NCBI GenBank assembly: GCA_000091205.1
Contig: AP006499.2
Direction: 5' to 3' (one strand)
DNA: 64,000 bases
From: Cyanidioschyzon merolae
Taxonomy: Eukaryota
This document shows positions 42,868 through 56,600 of the stretch, piece after piece; the stretch's first letter is position 1, and every line of letters begins with the position of its first letter. The position numbers and the translations under genes are program-made. Under the pieces are notes generated by a model. The model was not told the DNA's origin and ran no database searches. It worked only from the letters and a program-made list of their open reading frames with translations.

Positions 42868-45800
42868 CCGACGCTCTTTGGTGCGCGGTTCTAGAATCCT
42901 ATGCGCTCAGTTCACTGTAAAGACCGCTTGAACACTTTGCGTGGGTGTTTCGCAGTCCATATAAATCTTTCCGAGCCCGTTACAGTCAGTGATGCGCTCT
43001 CGTCGAGCGCGTGCAACTCCAGACACCCGAGTTCGCTTCGCGGTCGCGTTCGTTGCGAGTTCGCGGGCGTAGTACCCGAACACTGGGAACTCGACCGCTC
43101 TCGTTTGCGGTCCCGAAACGCCCTTGGACTCTGCTGGGGTGACCAGAGGTGCTCGCAGTTTCCACTGGTCAGCGGTCTAGGGTCGGACTGCAAGAGTGCT
43201 TGTTCGTCAAGTTCCTGTTGGAGTAGCCGTTGTTGGAGGTAGTCCCAGAACTCGCTCTGTGACAAGCGACAGCCAGTTCGGCTGCTTCTCGAACCTTCAA
43301 CCCTATTCGTTAGTGCAAGTGTGCATGTGCTACGATTGTTAGCAGTGCGCTCTGTGCGCAGGGTCCCTTGCATTTCCGCTAGGGTGTTGCAGTGAGCTTC
43401 CACTACCATAGAAATCCAAGCAGAAGGCGCGCCAGAGCTCGATTGCACGCGCACGGGCGCCGCCGGCACGCAACGGTGTCGAAGCGCGCGCGATGCTGTC
43501 GCACGCACGCTCTTGGTACGAACCTGCAACTGGTACAGCATCGTGAACATTGATCCGCACAAATGAGAGGATACAAAGCTGCATCCCACGTGCACATTCA
43601 CAGCAATACCCGGAGTAATCGAATCTGTATACCATAAATGCAGCGGACCATATACATGAACTGGACGGAAAGGCGGTTCCCAGTGGATGGCGCATCCCGG
43701 GGTAGCACGGGTGAAGCAGCGCCCGCCCTGTCGCGGGTGACGTACGGGCGCCGCGTGTTCGCTGTTTTCGGCACGCAAGTCCAGCAGGTGTCACTTCGTG
43801 GCGCAGAGAGGTGCGTGTACCCACCATGCCTATCCAAGAAAGCTCAATGAATTTTTGGAACAGGCTCAATGCGGCGATCGCTTCGTGAGTGTCTCGCGTG
43901 TCCGCACTCGCTGCAGAAGGTTCACTTGGAAGTATCTGTGCCGATCGGGCGGGGTGGGGGTCAACAGAGGGACCGGGGTCGCATAACATGCGAACCTCGG
44001 AGCGTCAGATGCGAACAGCGTTCTGGATCTGCATAAGTTGCTCGCATTTATCGAGAAGGCTCTTATGGAGTGCATAGCGGACTCCGCGGTAATTGTGTTC
44101 GCTTACAATATGCCAGATTCCACGATGTTGCTACAAAAGGCAGGCTTCCGCTACCGTGCACGTATAAAAGTGGAATCGTTTCGAGCAGCGCGCGCATACC
44201 GGGGCTCGCACCTGCTCATCAGCACACGGAGAGTCTCAGCGTGAAATCTTCGAATCTGGCGATTGGTGCCCAGATGCGTACGTAGAGCCTTCGGGCTCTG
44301 GTTTGCTGTGTGCGTTCCCACGAAGAACAGGTCGCCAGACTCGCGTCGATCTCGCAAGCGAGGCTCAATGCGACGCATCCATCCGGGTACACACACGAGC
44401 ACGCACCGCAAATCTTCTAGAATGACGGTGGATGTCGAGTCGCATCCCCGTTTCGGGATTCCATGCATACGGGGCTCGAACGCATGCTTCCTGACCGCTG
44501 AATTCCGTACGGCTCCGAGGAAGTGTGACGCTCGCTGAAGCTTGTTGCCGCAGGCCGGACACGTTCGAGTCAGCGCTTCCACAACACGATCCTGCGCTGT
44601 GCAACGTATCCCACGCGCGCGTCCGCAATGTCTCTCTGTAGCGCAGCTGTCGCCTGCCATCTAACATGCTACCCACAAATGAACCGAAACCTGCATGCAA
44701 TGCAGGGTCCCAGGTCACTGGCATTGCCCCGTATGTGAAACCGGTGAAGCGGCACGTCATCGCCAAAGCGCCGCGTACGCAGGCCTCGCGCTGTTCACGA
44801 CGTTCCCGCGAGGGCATTCGATTTTCGAACGCGATCGGACGTTCGTGGTATCATCAGCGAAACGCGCTGTGCCTGCACGCGCCGGACGTTAATAACTATT
44901 GTTGTCCCAGTTGTAAAAAGCAGGTAACAGATGGACGAATATTGCTATGAACAGCATAGTGGCTCACCAGGCCTCGGACGACGAAAGGGCGTACGGCAAC
45001 CGCTCGGCGACGTTGGCAACCTTGCGTTGAAGCGCGAACAACCTTCAACGGCACAGAAGCGAGCGCCGATCGAGCAAGATAAGGTCGGCTGCCGCGATCG
45101 TCTTCCAGTGGTTGAAGACTCGAGTGAGTTGCGTGAAGAGGCGCGCAATTTTTTGAGGGTCCTCAAGAGCGCTCACCCCGCCCAGGAACTGCCTCGCACG
45201 ACGCACTGCTCTTCGTGGCCCGTGTGCCGCGTACCCGATCCCGACGTTGATGACGAGGACGCTTCCCAAACCGATTCGCCACTGCATCCGGGATACCTGC
45301 TGCTGTGGTGAACGCACCGCCGCGCCCGGATGCGGCTTGGATGTTGCAGAGATGGTCATATTGTATAGAGAGCGTTGATACACGATGCGGCTGAGGTTGC
45401 TGGATCCCGTGCTTCCGGTTGCGGAGGCTCTGTTTTCTGACCTCTGCATCGTCTTGGACGTAATGCTCACACCATAAACGAATAGAGCACGTCAATCAGT
45501 TTTGAACTGAGACTAGGGGATATCTGGAAGCAGTGGGCGCGCATCTTAGGTTGCGTCGAAAGTTGTCGATTTTTCTTCGCTAGCCTGGATCCGTGGATCT
45601 CACTAGCACTCGCGGGATGCGCGACAGCTTCTACCTGTCGACAGAGCGATCACCATTCACCATGCAGGCGCCGCTGTGCACCATACATGCCGCACCGTGA
45701 GCTCCAGGTCCGGATCAGGGGCCTCATCCATCCAGCCGCCCTGCTGATGCCGAGCACGCCACTGGTGCTCACTGCTATGCTGCATGCGTCATCGTCGTAC

Positions 45801-46080
45801 CGACCGCATACCTTCCGCATCCTCACCGCGCGGCGCACCTGCGTTGAGGCGACACTGCTGCACACCCGCGATCCGCTGCGTTTCGGAGCGCGCGCCTTGC
45901 CGGGACCCGGCACGAATGCAGTGCGCGCTCCGCGGCCTCGAGCACAGCTGCCGCAGGCGCTCCTGCGGAGATTTGCTCCTTGTTGAGGTAGTACGGCGGG
46001 GTAGCTATACGCAGCGCTCGCGAAAATCCGGTGTCTGGGCGTCAAATTCATTGAGTTTGGCCATAACGTTGTCTCCCTAT

Positions 46081-46875
46081 ATGCAGACGTACGGTCACAG
46101 CAATATTTTGCGAGCGTCGCGGGGGCTCTCGACCACACTGGGTCGAATCGGCTGTGCCCTGGGCCGAGTCGGCGCGAGTAGCACCAGCGCTTTACCCGAG
46201 ATGACGCGTGCAGGACTGCGTGCGCCGTTTGGGAAAGTGTGCTGGCTATCAGGGAGCAGCGTGTCGGCGCCCGCGTCCAAACTGTGCGTCGTGACGCTGA
46301 ATGGGGCGGATCGCCGCGGCATCGTACATAGGTTCACTGCTGAGGTCTCGAAGCACGGCGGCAACTTTGAGGAGTCGCGTATGGTACGTTTGGGCGGCGA
46401 GTTTGCGATCATGTCTCTACTGACGGTATCCACGGAACGACTCGAAGAACTGCGCAAAGCTCTTGAGGGGGCGTTCCCGGATTACAGCGTGACTTGCCGT
46501 GAGACTCGGGAAGAGCCGGTGGTCGAGACAGACGTGCGCATGCTCGAGATCAGTGTCGAAGGCCCCGACCAGCCAGGTATCGTTCGCAGTCTCACAGAGG
46601 CGTTGGTCCCATTCCAGGCTCACATAGAGGCTATGGAGACGGAAACTGTACCAGCGCCATTTGCCGGATGGCCCCTGTTTCGTCTGAAGGCCCAGGTATC
46701 CGTTCCTCGCTCGACTTCCGTTGGAACTCTAGAGGAGGCACTGTCCCGTGAAGTCGAGGAAAAATTTGATCTACTGGTGGATGTGAGCTCAATCCCGGTC
46801 CGGAAGCAGCGTAACTGGCCTAAGAAACCAACTGGTCTCGTGGATGTAGCGGCAGATGCCCAGCATGCAACCTAG
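46081..46875 (+). CDS. ACT-domain repeat protein (GcvR-like, two ACT domains) with a probable N-terminal transit peptide.
   Basis: Two ACT-like blocks: KLCVVTLNGADRRGIVHRFTAEVSKHGGNFEESRMVRLGGEFAIMSLL and MLEISVEGPDQPGIVRSLTEALVPFQAHIEAMETE. The track ORF extends upstream to 45784 through an Arg-rich, implausible segment. ATG 46081 (MQTYGHSNILRASRGLSTTLGR...) was chosen as the start. Confidence 0.6.
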   Translation: MQTYGHSNILRASRGLSTTLGRIGCALGRVGASSTSALPEMTRAGLRAPFGKVCWLSGSSVSAPASKLCVVTLNGADRRGIVHRFTAEVSKHGGNFEESRMVRLGGEFAIMSLLTVSTERLEELRKALEGAFPDYSVTCRETREEPVVETDVRMLEISVEGPDQPGIVRSLTEALVPFQAHIEAMETETVPAPFAGWPLFRLKAQVSVPRSTSVGTLEEALSREVEEKFDLLVDVSSIPVRKQRNWPKKPTGLVDVAADAQHAT

Positions 46876-48224
46876 ACGCATCTACATGGCTACATCTAGT
46901 TTTGTACGCTGGGTGCAGAATTCTCAAGAAACTGCTTCCGGTGCCGGCAAGTGCCTCGCTCTACCAGACGCGCACTTTTCGGGAACGCGGTTGTTCAGGG
47001 CCCCAGCAGGGATCCGATGATACGCGCCGCCTCGGGCGGGCTGCTAACCTTCGGGAAGGTTCTGGCTTGTGCTCGGGTGCCGCCGTGCCGCGGGTACCGC
47101 ATTATGACTGGCGTGATCCATCATGTGACCACAAGAATGGAAGAGCAAGCGCGTGCTTGGAAAGTTGCTCGCGCTCCAGGAGAGCTCAGCTTGGGTAATA
47201 GGAAACTGCGTCAATGGGAGGGCAGGCTAGTGCGCCCCGAACATGATCATATAGGTGCTGGCGTGTCGATCGCTCTGATCCGCACTCGATGTGGGGCAAA
47301 TAGACTGACACTGCCAGCGGAGGCCGTAAACACTAGTCGATGCAGATTTTATGTCTGTCCGCAGTTCATCGTACTCGATAGCGACTGGGATGCATTGGCG
47401 CCGCGCGAGAGCTCGCTCCCAAGATGTCCTACTGCCGGGCGGATTCGCCTCCAACGCTGTCTGCGATATGCTTAGCCGGGATTTCTCCCGCTGACGCGTC
47501 TCTTCGCGACCCTAGGAGCGTATCACAAGCTCGTTGAATACTTGGTTCGCGCTGAGCAGCGCTCGTAGGCGGTAAGCAATGCAACCGTCAGAGCGAAACA
47601 GGTCCCCAAAGCATCCTCACGACAGCATTGCGATGATAATTGCGGGCACGATTTTCGTGCATGTGTCGCAAAGCCGTCGGGACGCACGCCCCATGTCGCT
47701 GTTCACCGCCCTGTTCGTTTCCAAGCGTTGCATAGAAATATTACAGTGCGAAAACCGGTCCGCTTGTAACGTGGTTCAGACACGGACTCCATTTCGCTTC
47801 GAAATCGACGTCGATCGTCCCTAGGTGTGATACCCTCGACAAGCGCTCGGCAAATTCATGAACTTTGGTACCACTGCCCATCGCACGCGATTTGAACGCA
47901 TCGGACTCGTGCTTGCGTACGGTGGTGAATCACGCCATGACCAGCGAGCCAGCGATAGCGTTCGATCCGGCTTTCGTACCTGCATGGGCTATCCGGCAGT
48001 GGGAGCGATAGACGCCACCGCTACAAGGAGCTGATGAACCTTCGGGGAACGCCCAGGCGCTTGTCATTCGTGAGCAATGGACGTGCAGCGAGCACCAGAC
48101 GGTTTTTCACGCGCAAGACGGCGGCGCAAGTCCTTTCCAGTTGGAAACATCCACCGCGCCGTACCTGCTGACGCTGGACCTCGCTCGTGCTTTTTTTTCC
48201 ACAACGAACCCTTCATCAAGTTAT

Positions 48225-48683
48225 TTACTTGATCATGGGGGTTTCAAGTAAGCGTTGTATCTCTTCGAGCGTGTACGAGTCCGCGATAGGAATATTCTCC
48301 CGAAGCCAGGCTTCCGTCACTTCCATCCCGCTGCGTTTCGCAACGGCCAGCAACTCCACTATTATGGCGTCCTTATCCGCCGAGCTCAGCTCCAGCTTCG
48401 CCTTCGGGTCGCTCAGTGTCTCTCGAAGTCTACGAAGACTCTTCCTTAAACTGTAATGAAACGATAGTGAAGAAGGTGCAACGATGCGGGCTTTCGAAGT
48501 GTCAACCGGTTGCGCCGTTGTCGCACGGATCGCGTAACTTCGCGTCCAGCCAACCCGCGCGGAGGCGGCTCCCCAGCACCTGCTCTGTTGCACGATACGA
48601 CGCAACATGGACGATGGCATCGGGTGCATATGCAGATCCTTTGTGGATGAAAAAGCAGCGCACGTAGGCGGTAAACGATACAC
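48225..48683 (-). CDS. Possible small protein with a presequence-like N-terminus. Weak call.
   Basis: The C-terminal 70 aa are protein-like (LRRLRETLSDPKAKLELSSADKDAIIVELLAVAKRSGMEVTEAWLRENIPIADSYTLEEIQRLLETPMIK). The N-terminus is R/S-rich (MLRRIVQQSRCWGAASARVGWTRSYAIRA). No homologue recognised. Confidence 0.25.
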   Translation of the reverse strand: MYRLPPTCAAFSSTKDLHMHPMPSSMLRRIVQQSRCWGAASARVGWTRSYAIRATTAQPVDTSKARIVAPSSLSFHYSLRKSLRRLRETLSDPKAKLELSSADKDAIIVELLAVAKRSGMEVTEAWLRENIPIADSYTLEEIQRLLETPMIK

Positions 48684-49849
48684 AAGCGTACGGCCTTGGC
48701 GGAGGCAAAGCTATCGCGCCCGAATCGGTAGGTAGCGCACGGCGGGCGCGACGAGAATCGCCAGTGTGCAGCAACGTCGCGTCAACGTGGCTGCATTGTG
48801 GCAAGAATGCGGAAAGTATGCGGCTGGTAAGACGATGACACAAACAGCATAGCAGTGAGCACCAGTGGCGTGCTCGGCATCTGCAGAGCGTCTGGATGGA
48901 TGAGGTCTCCGGTCCAGGCCGGCAGGTCATGGTGCGGCTTGTGTGTGGTGCTAGTCCGATTCAGGGATCCAGGCAACGAAAAGAAAATCGGCAACATTGG
49001 ACGCCACCTTAGATGCGGCTCGGGTCCCGATCATGCACGATGAAGGCGACTACCCTGGGGCAAGCTGGACGTCAGCGTTTGGTGAACCGCTCTATTGCCG
49101 AATTGTCTGTTTCCTGCATGGGAAACGCAAGCCGTGCTGCAGCGAGCGAATCTGGGACAGGGTTCGCAACTCATAAGGAGAACGGTGCACCTCAGGTGAG
49201 GCATTTTCGGCTATAGTCTGCAGCTTTTAGACGTACACTGTTGCGGCATCGTCGTTACAACAACGATTACGCGAGGGCAAGCGGCAGCATGACCAGCAGG
49301 TACTCTGGTCACGCGCGTCTTCAAAAAATCTCCGGAATTCGTTAGCAAATCTGTTCTGTTCTCATCGACAACACCTTTACACTGAGCTGAGAACCCCACT
49401 TGCGCCATGAATATCGGCATACTGGAGCGTACCAATCATTTCTCAACCCAACTCCGAGCTCCATCAATGAACATGCATGCCTCCCCCGAAGATACTCGTC
49501 ATTCCGTACATTCCATCGTGCACCGCGCCTGTCGTGAGCGCTCCCAACTGCCTCCGAAAATCCGATACAAACACAGCACGGAGATAGAACAGCTGCGCGA
49601 TATCACCGATAACGTTGGATCGTGGCGTTTTTCATCCAACATGGTGTCCGGTCTTTCCTTCACTTTCTATACAAACCTTCTATGAAGCGACCAGTGACGA
49701 TGAACGCCCCGGCGCATCGCTCAGCGTGGCCCCTGCGGCTCGCGCATCGATGGTCTTGCCACCGGCTCGTAGCTCGCGCTGTTTGCAGTGAACGTGTTCG
49801 CTGGTACCGCCTGTGAAACCCGATCCTTGTGGTGCGTCTGTGGTTCAAT

Positions 49850-51022
49850 ATGCTGCTTCCCTGCGGAAGCTGCTTTTCTGGAAGCCTGACACTCATTAGG
49901 TCGCCTAATCGTCAAGCCAGGCGGAGCGTCGCGCTCATGACGGTTCCGCCGGCGACACCACCTGGAGCAGCGACTCCGCTTGTTCGCCACGCGCTTCTCG
50001 GCGCTTTGGCCACGACTGGAGCACTCTTGGCGGCAAGCTATGTATTCCGGGTGAAACTTATCGAATTTTTTATTTGGAAGACGCACAGGCTTAGGGTTAG
50101 GATTGGCTCGATTGCCCGGCGGAAGCGAGGCTCCTACGAGTTGCACCGGGTGCGTTTGCTTGCACCGCCACCGCCGGCAGGCGTCGGTGAGCGCGAAGCG
50201 TGTAGCGTGCGCCTCATTGAGACAAAGTTCGATGAAGGTGCCGCGCTGCGGTCCTTCATGCCCGCGTGGATGAAGCCGGGTAGTGAAACCGCCGCAGTGG
50301 GCGTAGATGTGGAACTTCATGAGCCACAGGCGTTCCTTGAGTTCGACAACCTAGAGCTGACGGACTCGAACTGGCGACGCCTGGCCCGCGAAGTAGCCTC
50401 GACGCGGAAGGCAAAGGCACCAAAACGCAGTCGCGATACGGCTACCGACGCGACTACTGGCCAGAAACTAGCACAGACTCGGCGCTTCGCCTTGGAGCGT
50501 CTTTCTGTTGCCGGAAGTGCACATCTTCGAGTAGCATCTCGAGCACTGAATGAGATGTTGCTACCGGACCTTGTTCTTAGTGGCGGAGAGATTCGGCTAC
50601 TGGAGCTTTCGCGCTCGCCCAGTGCAGCTTGCGCGGAGTTGGAACGAATCGCGGCCCAGCGAATGCTAACCGGCAACCTGGCTTCTGGGATCAACGCTGA
50701 CACGCGTCGTCGACTCGAACATTACGCAAGGATCGTACTCAGCAAGACAACGGAAGAGCTGCGGATGCGCAGCCGCGAGCATCTGGATCGAATCGAGCAG
50801 TTACTGCGAGAGACCCGAAAGACCCTGGATGGCTTTAGTCTGCCGTCCAGCCAACGAGATAAACTGCAAAAACAGAGCGAACGACTGCAAAAGAACCTGA
50901 GGCGCGCGAATGAGTGGATAGGCGGCTTGGATCGCCCCGAGAAGCTCGCATCCCCCGAAAAGAAGCCCGTTACGGAGAAAGAGGAGCCATCCAGCGTACC
51001 AGGAGGCGATGCGCAACGATGA
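49850..51022 (+). CDS. Hypothetical protein with one N-terminal TM segment and a long charged coiled-coil region.
   Basis: Open frame of about 390 aa. TM LLGALATTGALLAASYVF. C-terminal heptad-like ELRMRSREHLDRIEQLLRETRKTLD...QKQSERLQKNLRRANEW. The track ORF starts at GTG 49829; ATGs are at 49850 and 49937. Confidence 0.35.
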   Translation: MLLPCGSCFSGSLTLIRSPNRQARRSVALMTVPPATPPGAATPLVRHALLGALATTGALLAASYVFRVKLIEFFIWKTHRLRVRIGSIARRKRGSYELHRVRLLAPPPPAGVGEREACSVRLIETKFDEGAALRSFMPAWMKPGSETAAVGVDVELHEPQAFLEFDNLELTDSNWRRLAREVASTRKAKAPKRSRDTATDATTGQKLAQTRRFALERLSVAGSAHLRVASRALNEMLLPDLVLSGGEIRLLELSRSPSAACAELERIAAQRMLTGNLASGINADTRRRLEHYARIVLSKTTEELRMRSREHLDRIEQLLRETRKTLDGFSLPSSQRDKLQKQSERLQKNLRRANEWIGGLDRPEKLASPEKKPVTEKEEPSSVPGGDAQR

Positions 51023-53674
51023 TTCGCGGAATAAATTACGAAATAGGCGTAAACAGATGCGAACACCGGGTTTTGAATGGTGCAAGCGATGCGGAGTATG
51101 GACTTTTGCCGCCATGCACTCGCGAGCGGGATATTGCATCTCGGGACTCAGCGCTGGGTATGTAGTCTCGCGGCGGAACTGAATCCTCTGCACCCTTACC
51201 TATGAGGTCCGTACGCCGATACACGGAGGCCAATACGAGACATTCTTCGGAGGTCTTCGTATTTGTCGCAGTCTTGAGCGGGAGCATCGAGGCAGTGGCG
51301 GATGTAGCACGTGTTGACGGCGAACGATCGGCACAAGATTTAGAACACGTACTCGCTCGCCAGCAATCGTTGCCAATATGATGTGTGGAACATTCCCGTT
51401 TCTATGACCAGGCATGCGAGAAACATTCCAGCAAAGCGATTACAGCCCTAGACGCCGAAACCAGCAACTGGGCGAAGGCATCCAAGCTGCGAGCAACGTC
51501 GATTTCAGCGTGGCAGCTGATCGATGTTGCATTTGGAGGGCGAGAGCGCTCATGCACCAGCAGCGCGGCTACCTGGAGCCCTGCTGAGCAAGAATATCTG
51601 CTGCTTCAGCCTTGGATAAACGTTCTTCTGCGAGTTTTCCACTCCTTTTGTATGCATTGACGGTTACAGGGTTGCTTGATCAATGCTGCAGCCCGGGATG
51701 TTCCTCCGAGGCCGATTCGCTCTGTCCACAGAGAATCCAGACTGGTAAAGTGCGTGCATTCCGGACGAGTGCATGCATCTCGCACCTTCACGATACATTG
51801 CAGATGGAAATTCTTTTCCATCTTCGTTTCTCGTCGTCTTTGCAGAGTGCACTGCAGGCTGAATGCTTCGAACATGCACCTGGGAAACCAGGGCGCCCTC
51901 TTTAATGCTGTTCGTATCATGCATTCACCGGACACATTTGCAAGGGATCTCGTTGCGTTTCGGTTTCCGTGGACCCACGGATTACATCTGCGCGAAAATA
52001 GTGTGCTATTTGCGATTCGGTAGCGCTTTCGAAGAGCTTGCAGAGCAGTCTGGATCGAAATCTTGAATGCTAGGTTTTAAGGGTGTCAGGTCTGTGAATC
52101 TGAACTGTATGCGGTGTACTCCGGGAGACGCAGCTCGGTCGTCATCGCCACGCAGAATGCAACGATGAGTGTGATATGTTTTGTAAGAGTCTGCTCTCGA
52201 GGAAAAAGGAGGACATGGGAACTATGCTGCTGCTCCTGATGTCTCTGGTCGTTAACCACTGTGAATATTAGGTTCCAGATAAAGCCAGTTTGCTTGCGGA
52301 AAATGTTCCTGTTTGCGCAGCAAGCGCAGCTCACTTGGAGCGATCGTGCTGAAGCTTGCTCTCAAGGTATGCTGCGGAGCGGATACGAGTGTCGATCGCT
52401 CCCTCTCCGATCAAGGCTGCTACCGTTCAAGCAATATCTCGGTATACTCTGGAATATTGAATAATGGAGCACCAGCATTTTCCACCGAATGTATCCGAAT
52501 ATCATTACCGATATCTACTTTTATGGGACGTTCGAGCATTCTTTGATTGCTGACCGTACCGCACAAGCGTCTGGCTCAAGGCGGGATTCCAACGCCTTCT
52601 CGCCTGATAACTAAATTTTCCATTGAGAAGCTCTAGCGTTTCTGCTCCATGTCCATTAAGAGTACTACACGAGTACCTCGCGAGCCCGCTCGACACAAGG
52701 CTGTTGGACGCTCCCGATGCACGAGACATTTCCGGATGTTGGTTGAGGCATACAGGTCTCCGTGCAGAATGCCTCTGCCTATGTTTGCCTGCGGAATCGC
52801 ATCATTGCAAGACGCTCTTTTTCGATTGCCTCGCCAGTTGGCGTTCGATCAGCTTACCGTTCACCATCTCGTGCATGCGACTATTCACTACGCTCTTCTT
52901 CTGTGCACGGTTCAGCGTACAGCCATGCTTGTGAAGCTTGCGTATCGTCCTGAATATATCGATGGAAATTGTCCGGCATGGATTGGTGCACTCTTTGGAC
53001 GCTCTCGTTGAATGAGCAGGTGCGCATCCAGTTTGACAAGTGCTGTATTGGATGCAAGGAACGTTCAGGATAAGCATGCGAAGAAGCGTGCTTCACTCAT
53101 CGAAGGACTTGCGAATACCTGATTTGAACAAGTAAGGCCGTTTCATCCAATTACCATGAAACATATCAGTTCCTTTCACCTCTTTTTCCAACCCACAAGA
53201 TGCATTCCTTTTGTAAAATACCCGCTAGAAAAGCAAACAAAACAAAAGTGACTCGCATACCCAGGTGTTCCACACGTATCTGTGCTGCGTCTATCGAGCG
53301 ACTACCAGAGCGCTGCATCTCCAAACGTACCCAGCATCCGATCTCCGCTGCGAACAAGTCGGGGCTGCTGTTGGTGACGTTCGTACTGCTTGTGGCGGTG
53401 GCGGTGGCAGTGGCTTCCGCTCTTAGAAAGTGCTCGCTTCTCTGGTTTCTGACAGTACATGTGTCTTCGGTGGACTCTGGTTTGTTTCGTCATCGATCTT
53501 ACAAAGTAAAAACTCAGGTGTCGGGTCCGGAAGCGACAGGAACGTTGTCGGCGGCTCTACCAACAGCCGAAGCAGGGGTAGTGAACCGAACTCCGCTAGG
53601 ACTCAAGTTTTGCTCCCTCTGACAATTTAGAACTGACGTTGCAGAAAGGACCAGGGCTTCATTCGTTGCCCACC

Positions 53675-56600
53675 ATGTTCCATGTGACGTACCCGTTCAC
53701 GCAGAGACAATGCTTTCTCCGTTCACGAGAAGCGTGCCTTGCAACGTTGCCAGCTGGTGCTTTTCGAAAGCACCTGTGGCGCCCTTCGTGCTGGTCGTTC
53801 CGCACACGTCTTCGTAAAGAGGCGTCGCTACGGAAATCCACAGTTCTCGCTCCGCTTACTCGCCGTCTGCAGCTGAGTCTCTTCGGCCTCCCAGAGCGGT
53901 TCGTTCGCAAGTCCAAGTCGCCGGTCTCGGCAGAGTCCAGTGTCGCCACTGAGCTCACACGTGATCGGGTCAAAGATCCGACGCTCGCGAAGTACTGGGA
54001 TACACTTCTGGAAATCAATGCACTGGAGGCGGAACTGGAACAACTCAAAAGCGATGAACTCAGAGCTCGCTTGGATGCCCTGCGGAGAAACGACTCGGTG
54101 CGGAGCGGGGACCCGCCACTGGCCGAGGTATTCGCCATCGTTCGAGAGGCCGCACGTCGGACGCTCAGCATGCGACCCTTCGATGTGCAGGTTCTTGGTG
54201 GCCTTGCACTCTTTCACGGTTGCGTAGCGGAGATCGCCACCGGTGAGGGGAAAACGCTCATCGCAACGATGCCGGCATGTGCCAGCGCGCTAGCGGCTCG
54301 CGGTACCGTCCTGGTCGTGACGGTGAACGATTACCTCTGCCGTCGCGACTTTGAAAACATGGGTCCACTGTATCGCTCCCTGGGTTTCTCTGTCGGGTGT
54401 GTGACCAGCGCCACAGAGCGGGCGGCACGTCAACGAGCATACGCTTGCGATATCACCTATGTGACGAATGCGGAGCTTGGATTCGACTATCTACGCGACC
54501 ATCTGGTGCTGAGCGCTGCTGATCAAGTGCTTGTGAGGCCCAAGCCCTTCTACTTTTGTCTACTGGATGAGGCCGACTCAATCATGATAGATGAAGCGCG
54601 TACACCGCTGATCATTTCCCAGGCTGCAGAGGCGCCCACAGAGAAATACGCTACTGCCGCTAAACTGGCTGCAAACCTGCAGCGGGATCGGCACTACACG
54701 GTCTATGAAAAGGAGCGCAATGTCACTTTGACAGGCGCCGGTTACGAAGCATGTGAGGAGGCACTGCAAGTGCCAACGCTCTTCGCCGCAGCGGATCCGT
54801 GGGCGCCCTTTGTGCTGAATGCACTCAAGGCGAAGGAGCTCTATCAACGTGATATAGATTATGTCGTTCGGGGTGATCAAGTGCTAATCGTGGATGAGTT
54901 TACCGGTCGAGTACTGCAAGGTAGGCGCTGGTCAGAGGGTCTGCACCAGGCCATCGAGGCCAAGGAGGGGCTCGCTGTCCGCACTGAACCGCGGACTGTA
55001 GCTTCCATCTCGTATCAGTCCTTCTTTCGCCTGTTTCCTCGTCTGGCAGGCATGACGGGCACCGCTGCTACCGATGCAGCAGAGATACGCGAAACGTACG
55101 GACTCGAGGTGGTCGTTGTGCCCACCGCGCTACCTGTCGTTCGCCGAGACTACCCCGATGTGGTGTTTCGAACGAGTCGCGGCAAACTTCTTGCTGTGGT
55201 CGCAGAAATTCGACGCCTGCACCTTCGAAAAGTGCCCGTCCTGGTTGGAACCACCAGTATTGAAGCTAGTGAGCGAATCAGCGCCCTTTTGAGCGAAGGC
55301 GAACGCGTTCCGCACGAGGTTCTGAATGCACGTCCGGAGAACGCTGAACGTGAGAGCGAAATCATCGCCCAAGCAGGTCGTCTAGGAGCGGTTACGATCG
55401 CAACAAACATGGCTGGACGAGGAACCGATATCGTGCTGGGTGGAAACGTGTCCAGTCTAGCACGCGCTCTTCTCCAGAGGGAGCTGCTTGCCACGTTCGC
55501 TCTGGGGCCTGAATGCTCCTCTGGGGCCGGCGACCGCGCATCCACCGAGCATTTCCTCTCGTGTCTCGAAGAGGCGGAGCATCACCAGCTGCACTGCTTT
55601 GGAGAAAAAATCGCTGAGGCACTGCGTTCCCAGCGTTCGACGGATCCCGGTCCGCGGCTTATCATCGAATCCATGGAGCAGCTGCATCAGCTGATGCTGC
55701 AAGCTGCCGAGTTTCAAGAGCCAACGTTGCCCTTCTCTGCCGAGGCCCAGGAGCTGGTAAGAGAGGCACTTCAGTGGCTGGAAAAGCAGCTGCGTCCGCG
55801 GCTCGATGCAGAGCGCGCAGCTGTGCTGGACCTCGGTGGCCTGCACATCCTCGGAACTGAACGACACGAGTCACGCCGCATCGATAACCAGTTGCGGGGT
55901 CGTGCAGGTCGCCAAGGTGACCCCGGATGTTCGCGTTTCTTCCTGTCGCTGGAGGACCCCATCTTCAGGGTGTTTGGGGGTGATCGGATGGCTCGCCTCG
56001 CCGAAGCGTTTCGTCTGGACGAAACAACCCCCATCGAGAGCGTCCAGGTTGCGCGTACGCTGGACAATGTCCAGCGCAGCATCGAGCAATATTATGCGGG
56101 GATTCGGAAGCAGTTATTCGCTTATGATGAGGTGCTTTCCCAACAACGGAAGGTACTGTATCGACAGCGAAACCGCTTTTTGGAAGCCGATGAAGCGCTC
56201 CTATTCGGTTCGGATGCGGCAGCAGCCCGGGCCTCTGGGGTGCTTGCTGGCCTCGCGGGCGACTGGATACGAACGACGATTCAGGATATTCTCCAAGCAA
56301 ATCGTCGAGATCCGGCAAAATGCGTTCAGAAATTGAAAGCGTTCTTCCCAGGGGCGCTTCTGAACGAGAGCATGTGCCAGTCCGCAGCAGCTATCGACCA
56401 AGTTGCCGCCGCTGTTGGCGTACGGCTCTCGCAACACCGGCGGATGTTGCAACAGAGCGCACCGCAGCAGGATGTTGCTGTCTTTCGCTATTTGGCACTG
56501 GTTCAGCATGATCAGCTCTGGAGTGAACATTTACGAAAATTAGCGCTTTTGCGGGACATGTCGTCTTTGCAGACGTTGCGGCAGGTAGATCCGTTGCAAC

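Noticed and set aside
43845-43860. aatttttgg, resembling an snRNA Sm-binding site, in the large intergenic region 42900-45900.
   Set aside because: No flanking snRNA-like conserved sequence (U1, U2, U4, U5 or U6 hallmark stretches) or stem-loops could be found. An isolated 9-mer is not sufficient evidence.
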